Shown here piece by piece: positions 10,601 through 24,300 of a DNA stretch of 64,000 bases (positions are counted from its first letter, which is position 1; each line of letters starts with the position of its first letter). The DNA comes from Octopus bimaculoides (taxonomy: Eukaryota), in the NCBI RefSeq assembly GCF_001194135.2, contig NC_068984.1, positions 16,785,168 through 16,849,167 of the forward strand. Direction: 5' to 3'. A program made the position numbers and the translations under genes. The notes below the pieces were generated by a model, which was not told the origin of the DNA, did not search any database, and was given only the letters and a program-made list of their open reading frames with translations.

Positions 10601-13600
10601 TCTTTTCTACTCTTGGCACAAGGCCCGAAATTTTGGGGGAGAGGTCAGTCAATTAGATCGACACCAGTATGAAACTGAGCTATGTCTCCAGCAGAACCTC
10701 CATCTGAAGTGGTTTAACAGAGTACCAAACACCGACCTGAGGGAAAGGGCCAACCAGGAGCCCATACATGTTCAGATTAGATGAAGGAAATGGAGATGGA
10801 TCGGATACACACTGCGGAAAGAACCCTCAAATGTGACACGACAAGCACTTGACTGGAACCCACAGGGGAAAAGGAAGCGAGGACACCCAAAGCAGACATG
10901 GAAGCGGAGCATTTTGGACAAGTTCAGGACCAACGGCCTGACGTGGGAAGGAGCCAAGAAACACGCCAATGACCACAAAAAGTGGAAAATAACTGTTGAG
11001 GCCCTATTCTCCACAAGGGGCAAAAAGGATTAAGAGAGTATGCAACTAGTACTTACTTTACCGACCCTGAAAGGATGAAAGGCAAAGTCAACCTCAGCAG
11101 AATTTGAACTCAGAACGTAAAGACAGATAAAATACTGCTAAGTATTTCACCTGGTGTACTAACATTTCTGCCAGCTCACCGCCTTGCCAGCATGGAGAAT
11201 GGACATTAAATGATGATATTAGAGCAAAGGACAAGATTCGTTGTGGTAATGGTTTTGGCTATTTGCATTTTGAATTCAAATTCTGCTAATGGCCAGGCTA
11301 TATCACCCAACAAAGGAAATATCCTGTTCAAACTGGCATTTGACCAGCTTTGGTAGGTAGGCCCACTACAAGCTTAGATCAAGCTGACAATGTTATAATG
11401 AAACTTTCACCCAACAATAGATTGACCATGGCTGAATAGTACAACTAAGCACTGTGTATAAGAAGCTCATTATTATCAACATTTGACCTTTGGGTATCAT
11501 AAGAAGAATCATTGAGACTTGGTCTCTGGTCTGAGAATAACTTCCTTCCTTCTTCATACTAGTCTTGGAGCCCCTCCAAATGGTCATGGTTGCTGCACTT
11601 CTTCCTGTGGGTAAATCATAAAAAATTAAAATATGTATTGTAATCTTATATGCTATTCAATCCATTGATATTATTGATTTCTAAGTTAGCCCAGAATTTT
11701 ATGGGAAAAGGAGAGTAGCCATTATTGCTATGGCTACACATGTGGTACAAACGGTTATTTCCTGGCTATCAATTTATACAGTTCAAAATGAATATTGATT
11801 TTTATTGATGAAAACTTTCTCCAATTAAATTATTTAATTATGCTAGATGTAATTAAGGTCAGGCTCACAGATATAAAGTATAACAATGCCAGTGTTTCTG
11901 GTAAAGTTCCATAAAGACTTTCTCAATTGACATAATAATAGGGAAATAGTTTTTCTCACATTTTCTATTCCACTTTGTTGTTCTATAATTATTCTTTAAT
12001 GATAGTTTTTGAATTGATAGTGAGAGGAACAAGATATTCAAATGCCAAAACTTGCTTTTTCAATCCATTAAACTTTCTTAACAACTTCAACAAAAGCCAG
12101 TAAAATACATGTTGGAAAAATCTGAAATACGTAGCAAATAACAAATTTTATATTTGTCACTAAATTCATTCTGCTACACTATCATTATTATTATTATTAT
12201 TGTTATTTGTCCAACCCATGCCAGTATGGAAAATGGACGTTAAATGATGATGCTGATAATGATGACAACAATGATTTTCAGGACACTGAACTGCTAGAAT
12301 CGTTAGCAAGTCAGACAAATTGCCTTGTGACATTTCATCTACCTTTACATTCTGATTTCAAATGTCAACTTTGCCTTTCATCCTTTCAGGATCAATGAAA
12401 TAACTATCAATCAAGCAATGGGATTGATGTAACTGTTTAGTCCCCCTTCCCCACAATTTCAGGCCCAATGCTTATCACAGAAAGAATTATGATTATTATT
12501 ATTATTATTGAGTGAGAGAGCACTGCATGCCATCAAAGTGACACTGGGGTAAAATATACGAAGCCCAGTACACCCATCATGACTACCCATCTGATAAGAG
12601 TATACCAGGCACATGCATCACAACCTTATGTGTGCAACATAATGGTCTCATATCAAGATAAACAGCGCATGACCTTGCAGGTGAGGGCCCAGTTAGAATT
12701 TTCTTCATGTTGAGTAACCCATCCCACTCAAAAGGTCCTTGAATAAAGGTTGTTTGAGGATGTCGAACGAAATACCCATGTTTCCAAAGATGAATTATCC
12801 AAACCCCAAAGAATTCCTCTCAACACATGGCTATGATGCTCCCCCACTACTTCTGCTCATGATCAGAGATGCACATATCGTCAGCCACCAAGGGACATGC
12901 TCAACTGGTTACGGTCGAACAACTGACAAGCAAATCTGTGGTTTTGAACAGAATATTTGCTGTAGCCCATCTTTTATACCAAGACAAAACAATATACATG
13001 ATAGCACCTCCAATCAGTTAAGATAAGAAGCCATGAGAACCACTGTCTGATGCCACATCAGGGCATTTTATTATTATTATGATTAAGGGGGTAAATGACA
13101 ACGAAGATGATGGTGATGATATATATATATATATATATATCATCATCATCATCATCATCATCATCATCGTTTAACGTCCGCTTTCCATGCTAGCATGGGT
13201 TGGACGATTTGACTGAGGACTGGTGAAACCGGATGGCAACACCAGGCTCCAATCTAATTTGGCAGAGTTTCTACAGCTGGATGCCCTTCCTAACGCCAAC
13301 CACTCAGAGAGTGTAGTGGGTGCTTTTACGTGTCACCCGCACGAAAACGGCCACGCTCNNNNNNNNNNNNNNNNNNNNNNNNNNNNNNNNNNNNNNNNNN
13401 NNNNNNNNNNNNNNNNNNNNNNNNNNNNNNNNNNNNNNNNNNNNNNNNNNNNNNNNNNNNNNNNNNNNNNNNNNNNNNNNNNNNNNNNNNNNNNNNNNNN
13501 NNNNNNNNNNNNNNNNNNNNNNNNNNNNNNNNNNNNNNNNNNNNNNNNNNNNNNNNNNNNNNNNNNNNNNNNNNNNNNNNNNNNNNNNNNNNNNNNNNNN

Positions 13601-13967
13601 NNNNNNNNNNNNNNNNNNNNNNNNNNNNNNNNNNNNNNNNNNNNNNNNNNNNNNNNNNNNNNNNNNNNNNNNNNNNNNNNNNNNNNNNNNNNNNNNNNNN
13701 NNNNNNNNNNNNNNNNNNNNNNNNNNNNNNNNNNNNNNNNNNNNNNNNNNNNNNNNNNNNNNNNNNNNNNNNNNNNNNNNNNNNNNNNNNNNNNNNNNNN
13801 NNNNNNNNNNNNNNNNNNNNNNNNNNNNNNNNNNNNNNNNNNNNNNNNNNNNNNNNNNNNNNNNNNNNNNNNNNNNNNNNNNNNNNNNNNNNNNNNNNNN
13901 NNNNNNNNNNNNNNNNNNNNNNNNNNNNNNNNNNNNNNNNNNNNNNNNNNNNNNNNNNNNNNNNNNN

Positions 13968-14010
<43 letters not shown>

Positions 14011-17000
14011 GGAAGGAAAGTAGAGAAGTAAGAAGCACGGGGGCAGTGACAAGTGACCGAGACCTTTGACAATATACCTGTCAAGCCAGGTGAAATCATA
14101 GTCATGGCCGATGCCTGTGTCACATATCTGGCACAGAAAAGGCACCCTTTGAACTTTGGGCCTCAAGCCAAGTGAGGTCATAGTCATGGCTGATGCCGGT
14201 GTTTCATAACTGGCACCCATACCAGTGGCACCCACCACACTCTTGGAGTGGTTGTTGTAAGGAAGGGCATCTAGCCGTAGAAACCATGCCAAATCAGATT
14301 GGAACCTGATGCAGCTCCCCAGCTTAACAGTTTTCAGTCAAACTGTCCAACCCATGTCAGCATGGAAAACAGACGTTAAATAATGCGGATGATGATAAGG
14401 ATGATATAAAACAGGTTTCCATACAGTTTCTATCTACCAAATTTATTCACTAAATCATTGGTAAGCCCCAAGGCTAGTAGCAGATATTTTTCTAAGGTAT
14501 CGCGGTGTGAATGAACCTGAAACCACATGATTGGTAAGTGAACTGTACTTGTTTAGCAAGTAATTTAATCTGAAATACCATGTTGAAGCTAAAAATAATC
14601 TCATTGTCAAAGACGTATTCTAGCTATTTAAAATACACATATTTTGTTAAGTTCACTTTTCCTCTTTTATTATTTTATAACCTGAATAATAATAATGTGT
14701 AATTATTGTGTGTCAGTTTGTTTTGTTTTTTTATTATAAATTTAAGTTGCTTAACAGGTGATGAGGAGCTTGTTTCCTTGGTTTTATCTGTTTTTGCTTT
14801 GTACATGTATTGAATGAAATATGAGTCTCTATAATGTGAGAACAAAAAACAGTTGTTTCTGATACTCTGCTTCACTATTGAATACAATTTATCTTTATTA
14901 TGCGATGTAGTAAAAGTGCATGAAGTGCGAATAACAGTTTATGTGCGTCTACAACAAACACATATACCCACATTCTCATACAGACACACATACACTCACT
15001 TGCATGTATACTCACACAGGCTCACACATGCACACACAAACATATACATGCATAAAATCCATTATCATTACATCCGTCTTTTCATACTTGCATTAAGGTG
15101 AACAGAATTTTTTCACCACAGCATCTCTTCACTTGACTTTGTCGTTCATCTTCTCCTTTGTGAAGCTCAGCATTTTAAGAATATCTTTCACCAGTGTCTT
15201 CCTTAGTCTTCCTCTTTCACATATTTTTCCCATTTGAATCACTTGGAACTTCTTTGCCCAACCATCATACTTTATAGACATCACTTAACCATACCTGTGC
15301 AGCTCCATCTCTTGTACACTACACTAAATTCCTCTTAACCTCAGTTTTTCTCTCAGTTGATTTGTGCTCCACCACTCATAAACATTATACAACCAATGAT
15401 ACATACTCCCTTCATTTCTTTCCATCTTTCACACATCCTTCACACTTTTTACCTGCAGTTCCCAATCACACAGTCATCCATATGTTTCAGTATCATAGTC
15501 CCTGTCATCTTCTCTGTGAGTCCCAACGTCTGTAGATCCTTTCTCACCACTTTGTCCCACATCTTCCTGGGCCACCCCTTCCACAATTAGAACTCAGCAT
15601 TTCTTGATGCATCTGTCTTCATTCATACACATCACATGACCAAACCAGCACAGTCTTCTCTCTTGCGCACGATATCTGATGCCTCATACACCCAGTTTTT
15701 TTCTCAAATCACTTACACTCTATCATATATGCACATTGACATGACCCATCCAGCAGAGCATACTGGCTTCATTTCTTTCAAGCCTTCACATATCCTCAGT
15801 AGTCACAGCCCATATCTCACTGTCATGTAGCATAGCTGTTCGTACACAGGCATCATACAACCTACCTTTCACTCAGCAAGAGAGGCCCTTCATTACTAAA
15901 AGGGGTAGTAGTTCTTTGAATTTTGCCCAGCCTATTCTTATTATAGCAGCTATGCTTTCAGGACAACCTCCCCTACTATTAACTTGGTCACTTAAGTAAC
16001 ACAAACTGTCTACTACTGCTAAGGATCCCCACTGACATTTGAGGGAGTCTATTTTTTTGGTACATTTCTGGTGATTAATATACCTGCATATCTGCCACAC
16101 ATAGACTACTTTCTTTGTTAGTCTTCCAGTGATACTGCTGCACCTCTTATGCATCCATTGCTTGCACTGGGTACACCTTATGGAGTTTCTGCTGACACCT
16201 TTTCTACATACTGAGCAAGACCATCTCCCTGAAGAGATCTGTGATTTGTCTATTTTCCTACTTATCAATACTTTACTTTGGTCTGCTAAATTAACTCTAA
16301 GGTCATTTGATTCCAGTCACAGAGAGAGGTGGGGGGTTGAGGTAATTATGCAGATAAACAAATTAAAACTATAACAGCTTGGGTATGATATACAAAATAT
16401 GTATTCATGCAAACAGAAAGAAAGCAAAGACTGAAGACTTTCAGATGGATATTTAACTATAAATATATAGACATTTATACATATAAATAGTTCAAACTTA
16501 CACAGAGTACAAAACGACAGAGAAAATTAAAGGGGAAGAAGTAAGGTGTTATAATTCCAACAGCTGTTTCTGGGGGCTTGGAGATCCATCATAATGTTGG
16601 TGGATATAATTCACCAAAATATGCAGCACATAATGGAAACAAATAAACATTGTGTGTGTGTGTGTGCGCATATACTTTTTGTGTCTGGCACCCATGCCAG
16701 TGGAGCGCTAACAGCACCATCCGAGCGTGATCATTGCCAGAGCAGCTGTCTGGCTTCTGTGCTAGTGGCACGTAAATAGCATCATTTGAGTGTGATTGTT
16801 ACCAGCGTCGCCTTACTGGCACTTGTGCCCGTGGCACGTGAAAAAACATTTGAGTGAGGTCATTGCCAGTGCCACTGGACTGGCTCCTGTGCAGGTGGCA
16901 TGTAAAAAACACCATTTTGATCGTGGCCGTTGCCAGTACCGCGTGACTGGCCCTCATGCCGGTGGCACGTAAAAGCACCCACTACACTCTCGGAGTGGTT

Positions 17001-20000
17001 GGCGTTAGGAAGGGTATCCAGCTGTAAAAACTCTGCCAAATCAGATTGGAGCCTGGTGTAGCCATCTGGTTTCACCAGTCCTCAGTCAAATCGTCCAACC
17101 CATGCTAGCATGGAAAACGGATGTTAAACAATGATGATGATAATCTATGTATATCTGTGGTTCTCAAACATTTTTTATCTATTTTTTTATCTTTGATTAC
17201 AATTCCATTCTAGTGGACCATTATAGTTATTTGATGTTTAAAAACTGGTTTGATAGATACTTCTGTAAAAATTCCTGTTTTGTTATTCACACATTATTAA
17301 CTTGTGTAGATTGAGCTATGTAAAACATTTGTGAAAGAAACCCATCTGTTTCTTGCAATAAACATCTAAGGCAAAATTTTTTCATGGACCCTTAATATAC
17401 TACTATGGATCCCCAAATTACTATTTTGTTTGCATGGACCCCAAAAATCACATATAGAATCCCTGGGGTCATATGGATTCTGGTTCAGAACCATTGATCT
17501 ATGTAAAAGATCACTAACTATATGGAAACTTTTATATTTCTGTCCAGATCCAAGTCAACAAGATTCCGTTGGATCCAACATGCTCCTTTCAATAAACAGC
17601 ATCATTGGGCACTTCGAGTGCTCTACATTGGCAAAAGATGCCCTCAGTTATGCAGTGGTCATGGTAATTGCATTGGACATGTTTGCAGGTAAGTCATTCT
17701 CTCCCATTGTCACATAAATAATCATTAAAACATAAAACATTACATAATCATGTGATCAACCAGACTAACAGATGTTGTTATACGTCACTGATCACAATGC
17801 ACTTTTGCATCGTTTTAGCTTTTTGAATGATGCCACCCCACTGACTGGGGGAATAGGCCAACATTTCCTCTGATAAGAGGGCTCATCCATCACAGGATCA
17901 CAGCTGAGTGGACAGGAGCAATGTGAAATGAAGTGTTTTGCTCAAAAACACAATACACCACCCAGTCTGGGGATCAAACCCACAATCTAGTGATTGTGAG
18001 TGCAACACCCCTAACCACTAGGCCACACGCCTTCATAAAATATAGAAAATAAAAAAGTATATTTGTTTAATATCTATTTCCATGTTTAATTTTTTTCTAT
18101 ACTATTTTTACATTTTATTATACTTTTCCTTTTTTTTTTTGTTATTTGCTTGTTTTATTCATTTCAATGTGAGATTTTCTAGATTTTTTTTATATTCTTT
18201 TAGAGAAGATTCTAAAACAAAACTCACTTTTCTGGAAACAAATAATCTCTTCATATTAGTTTATATTTGTTACTATTTATATCCCTGTATAGTGCAGATA
18301 GTCAAAATTTAATATTGTGACTAAGCTTAGATTTAAATTATCATCAGTCTTTACACTTTAACCCTTTATCATTCAGATTATTCTGTCAAATGCAATGCTT
18401 ATTCATTCAGATTGCTTTGAATTAGTCATGCATTATCTTGCAGCTTTGAGGTTTCAATGATGTCATTGTTTATTTTTAGAATGACATTGAAAAGTAGGTG
18501 TGAGAGGCCAAATCTGACCAGTTTGAATATGAAATAGGCTGAATATTTAAGCTGGATATGGGCAGTTTAAATGCTAAAGGGTTAAAGATGGATGCATCAT
18601 CCAGATGACAGGGTGCTGTGTAAGAGTTAAAGGATTTCATTGTTCACACCTTGTTGGTATATCCAGAGTCAATTCTGTCAGTCTGTCAGTCCACCATAAT
18701 CAGGAGTGTTTGCTCTTAAAATTATATTTAAGATTTTTTTTTTTTTGGTTATAGATGTGATAGTAATTGGCAAGAAGAAGACTGCCATAAACCAAAGAAC
18801 CCACTGCCAACCATTCTGAAAGACTCTTTTATGGACGCAGACATATCAGCTCAGAATTGGTTAAAAATTGCTGGAGCAAAGATAACTAATACTTGCACAA
18901 ATCTAGCCTCAGGAATGGCAATACATTTTATTGGAGTAAGTTTGAGTTTTCTCTATACTAAAAGTTCTCAACTATTTATTACCTGTGAACCCTTTTATTT
19001 ACCTACTTTTGATTCATGTTTTACTCAGGTAGACCCACCTAGTCATTCAATGATTTTTAAAAGTCCAATTATAATTTTATAATTAGATGCTATTAGGAAT
19101 TGCATTGAAAAAATTAAGATATTTTGTTTATTGAAGAAGTATGACTAATTTATTGAGCATAAATTTTAACAAAATCTTATATGGGCCCCCAAGGATCATA
19201 TGGGAATTGATGTCAGGTGATGAAGTGGGCAATTTGACAAGACCCTATTTTGGACAGGCAGCACTGGATTAACCATTAAGCAAAATAAGCATGTGCTTAA
19301 GGCATCAAAGTAAGGGGAGACTCCACAGAAATGGTAAATGGTTTATAGCACAAAAGAAATTATTTTTAACTTGCTAAAATAATATCCAGGGTACCATACT
19401 TCTACTAAGTATAGAAGCAGGTGTGTTGCATAAGATTAATTTTGAAGATCTGATCATAGACTTAGCAATTAAAAAAAGTAGAAGAAAACTATACAGAAAT
19501 AAACATTATCTTTCATATTACTGTTAGTTTTGTTACATTTTGAAAAATATAAATTTATTTTATGGTTTATTATTTATATTTTGAATTACATATATATGGG
19601 GGCACCAAAATGTGGGTCTACGTGGATCAGCCTTGTGGACAGGCAGCCAGCAAGAATGGACATGTGGACAGAGTCCTTCAATATTCTATCTGCTAGCCAA
19701 TGATTTAGGGCAGAATGTTCTCTGAGTTTCACAGCAAGTTGTAATCGGCGGTTGAGGAATTCCTTTTGCTGTTATTTGCCATGTCCAGACGTTTAGTCCT
19801 TTAGACTTAAATGTTATGTCCTATTTTACTCTTCTTTTCTCTTTCAGGGCTGCAGTCGAATTCTCATCAGTACAGATTTAGATTTGAGAGATTCAAAATT
19901 CATTCAGTTCTATTTCATGTTTGGTTGCAACACAGCTCCCCTGATTCGAAACCAAGGGGTCCTTGTTGACTATTCAGCAGATGGTGGTATTTCTTGGTCC

Positions 20001-21288
20001 CATATAACAGAACTTTACTACAACCAATACAAAGCACCAAAGTAAGTCAACCATGTTTTTGATTTGCTTAATTACAAAGTAGCAATGATATCTTTTAAAT
20101 TAATAATCTAATCAACAAATTCACATTTTTTCCACATCTGCCACTTATATATATACACTCTCGGAGTGGTTGGCATTAGGAAGGGCATCCAGCTGTAGAA
20201 ACTCTGCCAAATCAGATTGGAGCCTGGTGTAGCCATCTGGTTCACCAGTCCTCAGTCAAATCGTCCAACCCATGCTAGCATGGAAAGTGGACATTAAACA
20301 TACATACATACATACATACATACATACAAATTTTGAAATAAACTGAATAATGTCATACATACATATGATGGGCTTCTTTCAGTTTCCCCTGTACCAAATT
20401 CACTCACAAAGCACTAGACTATGGTGAAAGGCACTTGCCCAGGGTGCCACACAGAGGGACTAAACCCAGAACCATGTGGTTAGGAAACAAATTCCTCACC
20501 ACACAGCCACGCCTGTACCACCCATGTGAAAAACTATAAAGATTTGTTACATAATTTCTTTCTTACTCCCCAATTTATCTTTCTTAATCCTCAGCTAATC
20601 CTGCTCACCTACTTTAGGTCAACATATATTATTATTAATGACTGAAATATGTTGGGTTAAGTTAAATAATATGAGTTAAATATGTTGAATTACCTAATAC
20701 ATTTAGTCTGGTAATATGTTGTGTAAAATAAACATCATTTGAGGAAATTATTGACCAAACCAATATCCAAACTGGCAATGCTAGATTCTTTTAGAAATGT
20801 TAAGATTCCCCAAAGATAAATATTCAAAGAATAGAAACAGTGAAATCTCATCAACAATTAGAAGCTGAATTCTGTTTTATATTAGCTTGGTAAATTAAAA
20901 TGACATGAATTTCTAAGCAACTCTGTTTCTTTATATTATGTTGCTGAAGGCCAGATATACAGTGTTTCATCCTGTTGATCACAGAATCGATACTTCCAAA
21001 ATTGTTCTGAGTTGTAAATAAATACAATGGACAGGTACAACTCATTATTGAAAGCAGCTAGAACACAAAATCATCATCAGCATCATTTTAACATCCATGT
21101 TTTCGTTGCTTCATGGATCAGACAGAATTTATTGAGACAGATTTTTCTATAGTCAGATCTCCTTCTGGTCACCAAGCTAGGTAACATTTGCCAATGGCCC
21201 AACATGTTTTCATGGAAGGTGGGGAATGAATGACACTGTTTGGAGGATGATGACACTTGTTTACATTTATTACTCAATGTCAAGACAA

Positions 21289-21323
<35 letters not shown>

Positions 21324-24300
21324 CACACACATACACAAACACACATAAATATACATGATGGAAAATAACCTGGTGATGGTGCCACATAAAAAGCACTGCT
21401 GATGGTGCAATGTAAAAAGCACCCAGTACATTCAGTAAAGTAGCTGGCATTAGGAAGGTTAGCCAGCTGCAGAAACCAACCCAAAACAAGCAATTGAAGC
21501 CTAGTGCTGCCCCTGGCCTCACCAGCTCCTGTCAAGCCATCCAACCCATGCCAGCTTGGAAAAGGAATGTTAAATGATGATGAGGATTTCTTTAGGTTTC
21601 CATCTGTGAAATTCACTCACAAGGCCTTGGTCAACTCTGGACTTTAGTAAACAACACTTGTTCAAAGTGTCATGCAGTGGAACTGAACTAGAAAGCATGT
21701 GGTTGGGAAGTAAACTTCTTAACTACGCAACCATGCCTAACAATATTTTTACCTAACAGAATTCATTATGGCGGCGAGCTGGCAAAAACAACAGCACGCC
21801 GGGCAAAATGCTTAGCGGTATTTCGTCTGCCGTTACGTTCTGAGTTCAAATTCCACCGAGGTCGACTTTGCCTTTCATCCTTTCGGAGATCGGTAAATTA
21901 AGCACCAGTTACGCACTGGGATCGATGTAATCGACTTAATCCCTTTTTCTGTCCTTGTTTGTTCCCTCTATGTTTAGCCCCTTGTGGTCAATAAAGAAAT
22001 AAGAATTCATTCAAATTTTATGTGAAGAGATTTGTTGCTGACTTAGATACATAATGTGAATCTGTCGTTTTCAAATGGTTTCTTTACCATGCAATGGGTT
22101 ACAGTACTTTATTACATCTTTTACATAAGGAAACGTCTCTGGGACAGAACCCTATTTTCATTTCAAAACAAAACTTAAGCCTAACAGCAAATTAGAGTGA
22201 TAAATGAATAATCATCTCAGTTAATTATAGTTTTCCTTCGACTGAAGGTGACTTACACTTTTCTCCTTTATCTTTATCTGGTCAAAACTCTATATCTTCA
22301 ATTCATTTTTCACTGATTTGACAAGCAGATTAATTTTGCATATTTTGAGATTATTGATTCCAATTTATGAGAATAAATTGATAAAAAATTTTTAGATGTA
22401 ATGTTATATTCATATTAATAACGAATGAACAAAACTGATTGACTGAAATTCGATATAAATGTATCTCAGGGAATAACAGGACTCTTTAGTCTTGCTAGAT
22501 ATTAGGCAACCTCCCTAGTGCATGTGCCATGATAACGACATGCTGTGCACTCAGTGCTTGGAATTCAGAATAGTATCCAAAGAAAGAAACTATGGCAAAA
22601 ATGGAATATACCAAACACATCTAAGAGGGCAGTAACTCCAAATATGAACTGACTCAGATGGTGATAAACACATCTAACCCATGCAGTATGGAGAAGTAGA
22701 CATAAAATGATTATGAAATTAGTATTGTTAGCAAAATTTCATTGCTGGCATCAAGGGTTATCAAGCAATTCTGTTTGTATTCCATCTTTTTCAACATTAT
22801 TTTTTCTTTGATGTCCCAGCATAATTTTTCTCTTTGCTCTTCATTTACCAACACCAATAGAAGTAATGTAAACATCTGCTAAGAAAATCTACATCGAAAG
22901 TTATTTTGAAGCCTAATCTCTTAAATAAAACCACAAAATCTTCATAACTACCAGACTAAGTGGTTTTCAACCTTCATGTTTTCATAGTACACTTGAGATC
23001 AAAAACAAAACAATTACTAACTCAAATTGCATGCAAGGTTTTAAAATTATTAGCACATTTCATGTGGCACACTTTGCATAGTAAGTTCAAAAAACAAAAC
23101 TGTTTTAAAATTAGAAAATTTAGGGAATTATTTACTTTGTTTTACTGTTCATACTTGTATATAACAAAATTATGATGAACATCTTTTTAAGATGCTCAAA
23201 CATAAGTATGAGCTTCCTAAAGCCTTAAATCATATTTTTTTAAATCTGCTGCAGAGTTTCATTATCACTGATCTAAGTATTACCATGCAAATTTATGACA
23301 AAGTCTATATTACATATCATGTTTTTTATTTGTTTACCTTGAATTGAGAAAGTGCTGAAATTTAGTCTTATAAAATATTTCTCTTTTCAATATTTCTATC
23401 AGAAACAGATGGAAAGTTTAAATGCAAATATTAGGTGGTATTATTTGAATAAATCTCTTTCGTTATTTAAAGTCTTCATGAATTTTTTAATGAGACCTGA
23501 TTTATATACTAAGGTAAAAACAATGCATTGACCAAGGGCTCATTTATAATGTTTTACTAACTCCTAATTCTTTTAGCAATGTAGTTTTTTCTAGAATATC
23601 GAGAAGGAAATACTCAAGTATGTCTACTGTATGAAAACTTAATAAAGTGGGTGCTAACATACTTGATGTAGAAAGCTAAGAATTTTAATTAATTAAAATT
23701 ACACCTTTGGTGATGAGAACAAACCATCATTGAAATGACAGTTAAGATTTAGAGGTTATCTCCCCTGCCGTTTTGATATGAATTATGCATTCAGTTACTA
23801 ATTACCATATTTGCTCATTTATGTCACACCCCTAATTTAGTGTTAAATCTTGCTACAAAATTTTTATCCCTTCATAATTTTAGCTTTGTTTCATATATGT
23901 CATGACCTGGTTTTCTCAGTAAAATCAAGTATTAAATAGCGTGGTTTATATACGAGCAAATACAGCTGTTCATTCTGTAAAAAGTGTTGATATTCTGATA
24001 TATCTTAATGAAGAATTTTAGTAAAAAATGCTTTTGTTCTAAAAACATTGGCAAATAGTGAAAGTCCTTGCAAGGAATATAGCTATATTTATTACGATTA
24101 ATCTTTATTAATATTGATTTCATTGTAACATAAATCTTCTTCAGATGGACTCAATGACCAGTTGAAACTGAAGGAAATTTATTTCCATTGAAATGAAAGA
24201 AATTTATTGCCATTAAGTTCTCAATAAATAATCATTATCCAGTTGACAATTAATTATATTCCATTACATCTAAAAGAACATTGATGCCAAAACTGAAATA

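Noticed and set aside
16690-17000. Tandem 60-65-nt units as a CRISPR-like repeat-spacer array
   Set aside because: The units are diverged along their whole length with no unique spacers, belong to a dispersed eukaryotic retroelement, and no cas genes are present
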